From an uncultured Dictyoglomota bacterium (GTDB lineage: Bacteria > Dictyoglomota > Dictyoglomia > Dictyoglomales > Dictyoglomaceae): a DNA stretch of 17,359 bases. Of this stretch, positions 7,684 through 15,453 are shown piece by piece. The DNA lies in assembly GCA_964654465.1 (NCBI GenBank), contig CAZZIO010000008.1:1-17359 (forward strand), given 5' to 3'. Under the pieces are notes generated by a model. It was not told where the DNA came from. It worked only from the letters and a program-made list of their open reading frames with translations, and did not search any database. Made by a program: the position numbers and the translations under genes. How positions within the stretch are numbered: position 1 is the first letter of the stretch; every line of letters begins with the position of its first letter.

Positions 7684-8883
7684 GTGATAAAAGTAAAAAA
7701 TCCAATTGTAGAACTTGATGGAGATGAAATGGCAAGAGTTATGTGGAAATGGATAAAAGAAGAGCTTATATTTCCTTATCTTGATATACCTATAATCTAT
7801 TTTGATTTAGGAATTGAAAATCGAGATAGGACTGATGATATGGTAACTTTGGAATCCGCTAAGGCTATAAAAGAATATAAGGTAGGGGTAAAATGCGCCA
7901 CTATTACTCCTGATGATGAAAGAGTAAAAGAGTATAATCTAAAAAGAGCTTGGAAAAGTCCAAATGCAACAATAAGGGCATATTTAGATGGTACTGTTTT
8001 TAGGAAACCTATTATTGTAAAAAATATTCCACCTTTTGTTAGAACATGGAAAAAGCCTATTATTATTGGAAGACATGCATATGGAGATATCTATAATGCC
8101 TTTGAATACAAAGTGGAAGGTAATGTTTCTTTGGAAGTAAGTTTAAAAAATTCTGAAAACAAGAATTTCTCAGTTCATAATTTTGATGGTAAAGGTGTAT
8201 TTATGGTTATTCATAATACAGAGAAGTCTATTAGAAGTTTTGCGAAATCGTGTATAAACTATGCTTTAAGCGAAAAAGTTGATTTATGGTTTTCAGCAAA
8301 AGATACTATATCAAAAATTTATCATGGGTTTTTTAAGGAAATATTTAGAGATGAGGTAGAAAAAAGAAAGAAAGACTTTGAGAATAGTGGTATAAGTTAT
8401 AGATATTTTCTTATTGATGATGCAGTAGCCCAGATAATAAAAAGTGAGGGTGGAATTTTGTGGGCTTGTATGAACTATGAGGGGGATGTGATGTCTGATA
8501 TGATTGCTGCAGGGTTTGGAAGTCTTGGTTTAATGACATCAGTTTTAGTATCTCCATCCGGAGAATATGAGTATGAAGCTGCTCATGGAACTGTAAGAAG
8601 GCATTATTACGAGTATTTGAAAGGTAATAAGACATCTACTAATCCTACTGCTTCCATCTTTGCTTGGACCGGAGGTATAAGAAAAAGAGGAGAATTAGAT
8701 GGAGATAGGGATGTTATAGAATTTGCTGATAAGCTTGAAAAGTCGGTGATTATGACTATTGAAGGTGGAATAATGACAAAGGATCTTCAACCTCTTGCAG
8801 TACCGCCTGTTGATAAATATGTAGATACGGAAACTTTTATAAAGAGTATTAAGGAGAATTTAGAGAAATTATTAGAGAAGTAA
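7684..8883 (+). CDS. icd: NADP-dependent isocitrate dehydrogenase (subfamily II, eukaryote/Thermotoga type)
   Basis: [46 protein letters not shown] and [10 protein letters not shown] motifs. GTG start with SD AAGGAGG at 7668-7674. Confidence 0.96.
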   Translation: MIKVKNPIVELDGDEMARVMWKWIKEELIFPYLDIPIIYFDLGIENRDRTDDMVTLESAKAIKEYKVGVKCATITPDDERVKEYNLKRAWKSPNATIRAYLDGTVFRKPIIVKNIPPFVRTWKKPIIIGRHAYGDIYNAFEYKVEGNVSLEVSLKNSENKNFSVHNFDGKGVFMVIHNTEKSIRSFAKSCINYALSEKVDLWFSAKDTISKIYHGFFKEIFRDEVEKRKKDFENSGISYRYFLIDDAVAQIIKSEGGILWACMNYEGDVMSDMIAAGFGSLGLMTSVLVSPSGEYEYEAAHGTVRRHYYEYLKGNKTSTNPTASIFAWTGGIRKRGELDGDRDVIEFADKLEKSVIMTIEGGIMTKDLQPLAVPPVDKYVDTETFIKSIKENLEKLLEK

Positions 8884-9513
8884 ATCCTTAAAAAAATGAA
8901 AGATGTCATTTAGATCTTTAAAAATGAAATTAGGAGATGCCTCTTCTAATCTTTCTGGGGAGACAAATGAAGAATAAACTCCAATAGTTACTACCTTTAG
9001 TCTTTTTCCCATTAAAATATCTTGAGGGGCATCTCCTATATATATAATCTCATAGGGAGATAATTTCATCTTTAGTAAAATCTTTTTTAAAGGCATAGGA
9101 TCTGGTTTGGGTTTTTCTGAATCTTCCCAAAAAATCCATTCGTCTATAAATCTTTCGGGATGTAAATAGGGAGTTTCCGATTCAATATCTTTTCTTGTAC
9201 TTGCAGTTACCACTCCTAATTTAAGGCCAAAACCTTTTAAGAAATAAAGTAATTCTTCTGCCTTCTCTCTCCACTTAACTAGAGAATAGTCAAAATATTT
9301 TTTCCAAAGCTCATCTACTTTTTCCCAATATTCTTTTGGTAAACCGTGATTTTCATATATTTCATACCAATTTGGAGAAAAGTTTTTTCTATATTCTTCT
9401 TCTTTTACCTCTATACCAAAATGAGAAAAGATCTTTTTAGTGGTTACAATACAAGCTGTATAAGAGTCTACTAATGTACCATCCCAATCCCAAATTATCC
9501 CTTTAAGTTCCAT
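8872..9513 (-). CDS. HAD-superfamily hydrolase (phosphoglycolate phosphatase-like, subfamily IA)
   Basis: Motif [11 protein letters not shown], motif II VVT, motif III KPKPDP, motif [11 protein letters not shown]. Confidence 0.88.
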   Translation of the reverse strand: MELKGIIWDWDGTLVDSYTACIVTTKKIFSHFGIEVKEEEYRKNFSPNWYEIYENHGLPKEYWEKVDELWKKYFDYSLVKWREKAEELLYFLKGFGLKLGVVTASTRKDIESETPYLHPERFIDEWIFWEDSEKPKPDPMPLKKILLKMKLSPYEIIYIGDAPQDILMGKRLKVVTIGVYSSFVSPERLEEASPNFIFKDLNDIFHFFKDLLL

Positions 9514-9516
9514 GGT

Positions 9517-10914
9517 TTATATAATTGTTAAAAATACTTCTACTAAATTTGGATCAAATTGAGATCCTGCACATTTTTTTAGCTCTTCTATTGCCTCTTC
9601 TTTTGTCTTTGCTTTCTTATATGGTCTTCCTGAGGTCATTACTTCATAGGCATCAATTATTGAAAAGATCCTTGATACAAGGGGAATTTCTTCTCTTTTT
9701 AATCCCCTTGGATATCCTTTACCATTCCACCACTCATGATGAGTAAGAATGTAGTCTGCAATTTTGGTTAATTCATAAGATGCTTCTGCTATTCTGTATC
9801 CTACCTCTGGATGGGTTTTTATTTTTTTAAATTCTTCCTTAGTAAGGGATGTATACTTTTTTAAAATTTCAGGGGGTATGGTAATTTCTCCTATATCATG
9901 AAAATAAGAAAGAAGTATTAAATCTTCTCTTTCTATATCAGAAAGATACAGTATATCAGACATCCTTATGGCAAGTTCCTTTATTCTTTCCTCATGCACC
10001 TTGCTTTCGTAAGAGTTTGACCAAAGCAATTCCTTTAAGGTTTGAAGCACCGTATCTCTAAATCCCTTTCCTTCTATTAATTTATTTCTATACATTCTAT
10101 CTTCTGCTATCTTTAATATTTCATCTATTTTTTCATCCTCTATTTCCTTTGTGGCATATCCTAAAGCGATGCTTAAAGGTATAGGGGTTTGATTATTGTT
10201 TTTATTATGTTCTTCACAGTTTTGCTTTATTCTATCACAGATTTTCTCTGCTATTTCTTTAGGTGTCTTAGGAAAGATTATTACAAATTCATCTCCGCCC
10301 CATCGGGCAATAATATCCTCTTTTCTACACGATTTTCTTAAAACATCCGCGATACTTATTAAAAGTTCATCTCCCTTTTCATGTCCGAAGGCATCATTTA
10401 CTAATTTTAGACCGTTTAAATCTCCTATTACAATGCTTATAGGAAGCTGTCTTTTTGTATCTAATCTTTTTAATTCTTCTTCAAAAAAGGCTCTATTGTA
10501 AAGACCTGTAAGTTTATCATGGAATGTTAAATATTGAATTTCTTTTTCCATTCTCTTTTTCTCTGTTATTTCTTGTACTATCTCTACAACACCTACTATA
10601 TCTTGATTTTCTTCATTTATTACAGGATACCCTTTTATATACCAGTATCTTCCATCGGGGGTTACCACTTCTCCTTCATCGGGTTCTTTTTTCTTCATTG
10701 CTCTTATTACTGGACAATTAATGCATGGTTCTTTTCTTTGATGCCATAATTCATAACAATATTTATTTATCATATCTTCTTTTTGAAGTTGTAGGGATTC
10801 TGCTGCCGAAGAATTGGCAAAAAGAATCTTTAAATTTTTATCCAAAAGAATTACAAACTCCTTTAATGTATCAAGTATTAAATTTTCAAGAATCTTTCCA
10901 TTTAGTTTTTTCAT
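9517..10914 (-). CDS. PAS-GGDEF-HD-GYP c-di-GMP signalling protein
   Basis: N-terminal PAS with CYE...C..CP. HDKLTGLYNR, LKLVNDAFGH..GD, I-site RKED five residues before an intact GGDEF, then HDIG, HHE..NG.GYP and RPY motifs. Confidence 0.9.
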   Translation of the reverse strand: MKKLNGKILENLILDTLKEFVILLDKNLKILFANSSAAESLQLQKEDMINKYCYELWHQRKEPCINCPVIRAMKKKEPDEGEVVTPDGRYWYIKGYPVINEENQDIVGVVEIVQEITEKKRMEKEIQYLTFHDKLTGLYNRAFFEEELKRLDTKRQLPISIVIGDLNGLKLVNDAFGHEKGDELLISIADVLRKSCRKEDIIARWGGDEFVIIFPKTPKEIAEKICDRIKQNCEEHNKNNNQTPIPLSIALGYATKEIEDEKIDEILKIAEDRMYRNKLIEGKGFRDTVLQTLKELLWSNSYESKVHEERIKELAIRMSDILYLSDIEREDLILLSYFHDIGEITIPPEILKKYTSLTKEEFKKIKTHPEVGYRIAEASYELTKIADYILTHHEWWNGKGYPRGLKREEIPLVSRIFSIIDAYEVMTSGRPYKKAKTKEEAIEELKKCAGSQFDPNLVEVFLTII

Positions 10915-10917
10915 AAT

Positions 10918-11739
10918 TTAGTCCAGAAATAATTTAATAATATTTTCTAACTCCTCCATACTTTTATACTCTATAGTAATTTTACCCTTATTAGGGGATT
11001 TAGGTTGTATCTTTACCTTAGTACCTAAGTGCCTTTGTAGTTTTTCTTCTATGGATCTTATTTCTGGAAGATCTATATTTTCCTTTACTTTTTTCTTTTT
11101 TACCAAATCTTCTGTTTCTCTTACTGAAAGCTTTTCTTTTATAACCTTTTGGGCAAGAAGTTTTTGAATGTAGGGGTCATCTACTCCAAGAAGTGTTCTT
11201 GCATGGCCATAGGTAAGATTTCCCCTTCTTACCTCTTCTTGGATTTCTGGAGGAAGCTGTAAAAGCCTGAGAAAGTTTGCTACCTCAGATCTACTAATTG
11301 ATAATCTCTCTGCTAATTCTTCTTGGGTCACATTAAAGGTTTCTATATAGTATTGGAAGGCTTTTGCTTTTTCAATAGGATTTAGATCTTCTCTTTGAAG
11401 ATTTTCTGTAAGGGCTATGTCCCATGCTGTTTGGTCATCGATATCTTTTATGATTACAGGTATTTCCTTTAAACCTGCTACTTTTGCAGCATGGTATCTT
11501 CTCTCACCAGCTATGATTTCATATAAATCATTTTTTGGTCTTACAAGAATAGGCTGTAAAAGTCCCACATTTTTTATCGAATCTATTAGTTCTTGTAATG
11601 TCTCAGGGTTAAGGGTCTCTCTTGGTTGTTTAGGATTTGGAATAATTTTATCTATGGGAACAAATTCTATTCCTTCCCTTTCATTTTCACCAAGAAGTGC
11701 TTCTAATCCTCTTCCTAAACCCTTCTTTTTAAGAGACAC
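10918..11739 (-). CDS. parB: Chromosome partitioning protein ParB/Spo0J
   Basis: N-terminal GLGRGL.ALL, NP.QPR, GLLQPI.VR, CTP-binding IAGERR, ENLQREDLNPIE, HTH QEELA.RL..SRS.VAN.LRLL. GTG start overlaps the parA stop. Confidence 0.95.
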   Translation of the reverse strand: MSLKKKGLGRGLEALLGENEREGIEFVPIDKIIPNPKQPRETLNPETLQELIDSIKNVGLLQPILVRPKNDLYEIIAGERRYHAAKVAGLKEIPVIIKDIDDQTAWDIALTENLQREDLNPIEKAKAFQYYIETFNVTQEELAERLSISRSEVANFLRLLQLPPEIQEEVRRGNLTYGHARTLLGVDDPYIQKLLAQKVIKEKLSVRETEDLVKKKKVKENIDLPEIRSIEEKLQRHLGTKVKIQPKSPNKGKITIEYKSMEELENIIKLFLD

Positions 11740-12505
11740 GTTCTACCACCTCTTTGGCAAATTCTTTATAGGCTTCTGCCCCTGTAGAATCGGGGGCGTA
11801 TTCAAATATGGAAAGGGAATAACTTGGTGCTTCACTTAAACGGACATTCCTTGGTATAAGGGTCTTGAACACTTTGTCTTTAAAATAATTATAGGCTTCT
11901 TCTACTACCTGCTGAGCAAGGGTAGTTCTTGCGTACATGGTAAGTACTACACCTAATATGTCTAAATCTTGATTTAAATTTTTCTTGATTATATTTATAG
12001 TCTTCAAAAGTTGGGATATTCCTTCTAAAGCATAATACTCACATTGAAGGGGTATTAATACAAAATCTGAAGCAACTAATGCATTAACAGTAAGAAGGCC
12101 AAGAGAGGGGGGTGAATCTATAATAATAAAATCAAAATTATCGGAGATTTTTTTCAACAAATCTTTTAATTTTAATTCTCTAAATAACATTGAAACCAGT
12201 TCAACCTCTGCCCCTGCCAGATCTATGTTAGAAGGTATTAGAAATAGCTTTTCTCTTATAGGATTTTTTCCATCCCTTAAAGGATATATAACTTTTTCTA
12301 TAGGTACCTCTCCTATAAGGGCTGAATAAAGATTTGGTTTTTTATTTTTTAATGGAGAGATTCCACTAGTAGCATTTCCCTGAGGATCTCCATCCACAAT
12401 AAGTACTTTTTTACCCATTTCTCCTAATGCATATCCCAAATTTATAACTGTAGTAGTTTTACCTACTCCTCCCTTTTGATTAGCAACAGATATGATCTTA
12501 CCCAT
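11729..12505 (-). CDS. parA: Chromosome partitioning ATPase ParA/Soj
   Basis: Deviant Walker A NQKGGVGKTTT, D.DPQGNAT, IIDSPPSLG, QCEYYALEG and IPRNVRLSEAPS. Confidence 0.95.
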   Translation of the reverse strand: MGKIISVANQKGGVGKTTTVINLGYALGEMGKKVLIVDGDPQGNATSGISPLKNKKPNLYSALIGEVPIEKVIYPLRDGKNPIREKLFLIPSNIDLAGAEVELVSMLFRELKLKDLLKKISDNFDFIIIDSPPSLGLLTVNALVASDFVLIPLQCEYYALEGISQLLKTINIIKKNLNQDLDILGVVLTMYARTTLAQQVVEEAYNYFKDKVFKTLIPRNVRLSEAPSYSLSIFEYAPDSTGAEAYKEFAKEVVERVS

Positions 12506-12521
12506 TCTATCCCCTCAAAAG

Positions 12522-12537
12522 TGTTTCACGTGAAACA
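12522..12537. other. parS: parS centromere-like site
   Basis: Perfect 16-bp palindrome TGTTTCACGTGAAACA, the canonical bacterial parS consensus, in the 36-bp gap upstream of parA. Confidence 0.95.
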
Positions 12538-12541
12538 TTTT

Positions 12542-12847
12542 TTACTCTTTTTCCTCTTTTATCATCTCTTCCACTTCTTCTTCGCCTTTTTTGTAGAAGT
12601 CTTCTTCCTCTTTATGTAATTCTTTCAAAAGTCTTAAGAATTCACCAGCATGAACTTTTTCTTCATTGGCTATATCATAAAGGACCTTTTTAGCAAGTGG
12701 ATCATCAGTAGCCTCTGCAATTTCCTCGTATAATTGGATAGCTTCATACTCTGCAGCAATGAATAATCTTATAGCTCTGATAAGTTCTTCCTTTGTAATT
12801 TTTCTTTCTAAGCCTAATACTGAAAATGGTGTACCAAATTCTGGCAT
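12542..12847 (-). CDS. Small ferritin-like protein (encapsulated-ferritin/Flp-like, rubrerythrin superfamily)
   Basis: Two-helix half-ferritin pattern AEYEAIQLY ... DIANEEKVHAGEF (E..A...Y and EExxH), resembling the Flp domain fused to Pyrococcus encapsulin. SD AAGGAG at 12856-12861. Confidence 0.8.
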   Translation of the reverse strand: MPEFGTPFSVLGLERKITKEELIRAIRLFIAAEYEAIQLYEEIAEATDDPLAKKVLYDIANEEKVHAGEFLRLLKELHKEEEDFYKKGEEEVEEMIKEEKE

Positions 12848-12878
12848 TTTGCACGCTCCTTTCTAAAAATTTTTATTT

Positions 12879-12887
12879 ATTATAGCA
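12879..12887 (-). promoter_or_regulatory. Extended -10 promoter for the ferritin-like/parAB operon
   Basis: TGcTATAAT on the minus strand about 30 bp upstream of the ATG. No convincing -35. Confidence 0.6.
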
Positions 12888-12897
12888 CAAATTATCT

Positions 12898-12957
12898 TTA
12901 ACAATTACTTAACCTTTTTTTATACAAATTTAACTGAAGATTAAATGGACTTTAAAT
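12898..12957 (+). promoter_or_regulatory. Pho-box-like direct repeat array
   Basis: TTAACA 12898, TTAACC 12909, TTATAC 12920, TTAACT 12930, TTAAAT 12941, TTAAAT 12952, a 10-11 bp period resembling B. subtilis PhoP TT(A/T/C)ACA repeats, upstream of pstS. Confidence 0.55.
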
Positions 12958-12979
12958 TATAAAAAATAGAATCTATAAT
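12951..12979 (+). promoter_or_regulatory. pstS promoter
   Basis: Perfect -10 TATAAT at 12974-12979. Weak -35 TTTAAA at 12951-12956 with 17-bp spacing, overlapped by the last repeat. Confidence 0.6.
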
Positions 12980-13063
12980 GGAAATAATTGGAAAGGGAGG
13001 TGATAATAGTTAAAAAATTAGATTTCTTTTAGGAATATTAATTCTTAAAAGGGAGGGAAATTC

Positions 13064-14089
13064 ATGAGAAAGGTTCTCATTTTAGTGTTTTTACTTCTTC
13101 TTTCTTCTATATCCTTAGGTCAAAGTATTCTTATAAACGGTGCGGGAGCAACTTTTCCCTATCCTCTTTATTCTCGTTGGTTTTATGAGTTTGAGAAAGA
13201 AACAGGCATTAAAATAAATTATCAATCTGTAGGAAGTGGGGCAGGTATTCAGCAAATAAAGGCAAGAACAGTAGATTTTGGGGCAACAGATGCACCTCTT
13301 CCTGGAAAAGATCAGGGAGAAAATGGTTTAATAATGATACCTACTGTTATAGGTGCTGTTGTGATGATCTATAATTTACCTAATATAAATAACTTAGTAC
13401 TCACAAGAGATCTTATAGCAGATATTTATCTTGGAAAAGTAAAGAACTGGAATGATCCCAAAATAAGAGCAGTAAATAAAGATTTAAATCTTCCCAATAT
13501 GCCTATTATTGTAGCAAGAAGATCTGATGGTAGTGGTACAACTGCTATTTTTACCAACTTTCTTTCTACTGTAAGTTCAGAGTGGAAGGAAAAAGTAGGA
13601 GCGGGTACATCTGTTAACTGGCCAGTAGGAATAGGTGGAAAAGGTAATGAGGGAGTGGCAGGAATTGTTAAAAATACTATAGGTGCTATTGGATATGTAG
13701 AGCTTGCTTATGCAAAGCAAAATAATCTTCCTTATGCAAAAATAAGAAATAAATTTGGTAATGTGGTAGATGCAACTTTTGAGACTATAAAGAGTTCAGC
13801 AGCTTTCTTTAAGGTACCAGATGATTTTGCAGTATATATAGTAGATGCTCCTGGAAGAAATAGCTATCCTATTACAGGTTACACTTTCTTATTGATCCCT
13901 AAGGAACAGAAAGATTTAGAAAAAGGAAAGGCTCTTGTAAAATTTATTAGATGGGCATATGAAAAGGGAGACAAATATGCTGAAGAACTCTTATATGTAC
14001 CTCTACCTGATAATGTGAAAAGATTGGCCCTCAAGAAATTGGACCTTTTAACCTATCAGGGCAAAAAGATAGTGGATCTTTTGAAGTAA
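13064..14089 (+). CDS. pstS: Phosphate ABC transporter substrate-binding protein PstS
   Basis: GAGATFP.PLY, NYQSVGSGAG, DFGATD, RSDGSGTT, GKGNEGV, IGYVE and YPI motifs. Signal peptide without lipobox. SD GGGAGG at 13051-13056. Confidence 0.95.
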   Translation: MRKVLILVFLLLLSSISLGQSILINGAGATFPYPLYSRWFYEFEKETGIKINYQSVGSGAGIQQIKARTVDFGATDAPLPGKDQGENGLIMIPTVIGAVVMIYNLPNINNLVLTRDLIADIYLGKVKNWNDPKIRAVNKDLNLPNMPIIVARRSDGSGTTAIFTNFLSTVSSEWKEKVGAGTSVNWPVGIGGKGNEGVAGIVKNTIGAIGYVELAYAKQNNLPYAKIRNKFGNVVDATFETIKSSAAFFKVPDDFAVYIVDAPGRNSYPITGYTFLLIPKEQKDLEKGKALVKFIRWAYEKGDKYAEELLYVPLPDNVKRLALKKLDLLTYQGKKIVDLLK

Positions 14090-14123
14090 ACATAAATAAT
14101 AAGTAATAACCTAATTTTATTTT

Positions 14124-14158
14124 GGGAGAAAGGAAATATATTCCTTTCTCCCTTTTAT
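14124..14158 (+). terminator. Rho-independent terminator after pstS
   Basis: 12-bp stem GGGAGAAAGGAA (14124-14135) / TTCCTTTCTCCC (14141-14152), 5-nt loop, then TTTTAT. Confidence 0.85.
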
Positions 14159-14166
14159 GTTATAAT
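14158..14166 (+). promoter_or_regulatory. Extended -10 promoter for sfsA (probably leaderless transcript)
   Basis: TGtTATAAT ends 7 nt before the ATG at 14174, with no SD in between. Confidence 0.6.
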
Positions 14167-14173
14167 TCATTCT

Positions 14174-14830
14174 ATGAGACTTCCTCTTTTAGAATCAGCG
14201 GAAGTTATAAGAAGAGAAAAAAGATTCAGATTATTTATAAAGTATGATGGAAAAGAGGTACTTTCATATCTTCCAAATCCTGGGAGATTGGAAAATATAA
14301 TTTATCCTTCATCTGTGGTTTATATATCTAAGAAAGAAGGAGAAAAAAGAAAAACATCTTTTGAGGCTGTTCTTGGGGTAGAGAACGGAAATCTTGTTTC
14401 TTTAAATGCATCCTTAGCCAATCGTATATTTGAAGAAAATCTATATAGATTTCCTGTAAAGGTCAAAGATTTAAGAAAAGAATTTACGTTCCATGGCAAA
14501 AGATATGATTTTCTAGTAAATAATAAAATACTTGTAGAAGTAAAATCAGTTACATTAGTAAAAAATCATATAGGATTTTTTCCAGATGCACCAACTTTAA
14601 GGGGGACAAGACATTTAGAATATATGGCAGATTGGATTTTTGAAAAATGGGTAGTGTTTGTGGTACAAAGGGAAGATGCTAAGTTAGTAAAACCAAATAA
14701 AGATCTTGATATGGATTTCTTTCTATCAGCGAGACTTTTAAAGGAAAGAGGAGGAATATTTTTCGCCTTTACTTGTAAAATAGATCTTAAGGAGATAGGG
14801 TTTAAGGAATTTATAGATGTGGAAGTATAG
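14174..14830 (+). CDS. sfsA: SfsA family DNA/RNA nuclease-fold protein (sugar fermentation stimulation protein)
   Basis: R.KRF, LPNPGRL, RKT, R.DFL, VEVKSVTL, FPDAPT.RG.RHL and FVVQR motifs. Confidence 0.92.
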   Translation: MRLPLLESAEVIRREKRFRLFIKYDGKEVLSYLPNPGRLENIIYPSSVVYISKKEGEKRKTSFEAVLGVENGNLVSLNASLANRIFEENLYRFPVKVKDLRKEFTFHGKRYDFLVNNKILVEVKSVTLVKNHIGFFPDAPTLRGTRHLEYMADWIFEKWVVFVVQREDAKLVKPNKDLDMDFFLSARLLKERGGIFFAFTCKIDLKEIGFKEFIDVEV

Positions 14831-15452
14831 ATCAGCAGTAGAAAAGATAAAAAGTATAGAAGAAGAGGCTTATCCTCTTGTTGAGAAAAGAATAAAGGAA
14901 TTTGAAAATTTAGGAAAATATGGAACTGAGCTTGATCTTTTTTCAGAGCTTTCCTTTTGTGTACTTACTGCCAATTGGTCTGCTCAAGGAGGTATAAAGG
15001 CCCAAAATTATATAGGAAAATTAAACTTTGCAAGACTTTCAGAAAATGAGTTAGCAGAGAAGTTAAAAGAAGTAGGTCATAGGTATCCTTTAATGAGAGC
15101 TCGGTATATTGTGGAAAATCGTAAGCTTATTGGAAGCTTAAGAGATCTTTTTAATCTACCTGAGAAAGAAGCAAGAAGGATTTTGGTAAAAGAGGCAAAA
15201 GGGATAGGTTGGAAGGAAGCAAGCCATTTTTTAAGAAATATTGGCAAATTGGATGTGGCAATTCTTGACAAACACATTTTGAGATTTCTTTTTAATGAAG
15301 GAATAATCAGGGAGATTCCAAAAGCTTGGACAGAAAAAAGGTACGAAGAAATAGAAATGGAATTTAAAGAGCTCTCCTTTTTACTCAATAAAGTCTCAGG
15401 AGAGTTGGATCTCTATATATGGTATCTATTAAAAGGGAGAGTAGATAAATAA
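14817..15452 (+). CDS. ogg: 8-oxoguanine DNA glycosylase/AP lyase (Ogg2, archaeal/Thermotoga type)
   Basis: LFSELSFCVLTAN.SA, GHRYP..RA.YIV, HhH KGIGWKEASHFLRN, AILDKH, ELDLYIWY and a terminal Lys (VDK). Overlaps sfsA by 14 nt. Confidence 0.92.
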   Translation: MWKYRSAVEKIKSIEEEAYPLVEKRIKEFENLGKYGTELDLFSELSFCVLTANWSAQGGIKAQNYIGKLNFARLSENELAEKLKEVGHRYPLMRARYIVENRKLIGSLRDLFNLPEKEARRILVKEAKGIGWKEASHFLRNIGKLDVAILDKHILRFLFNEGIIREIPKAWTEKRYEEIEMEFKELSFLLNKVSGELDLYIWYLLKGRVDK

Positions 15453-15453
15453 T

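Noticed and set aside
7676-7687. Mini-ORF ATG ATA AAG TGA overlapping the icd start
   Set aside because: The ATG is only 1 nt from the SD, too close for initiation; GTG at 7684 has proper spacing.
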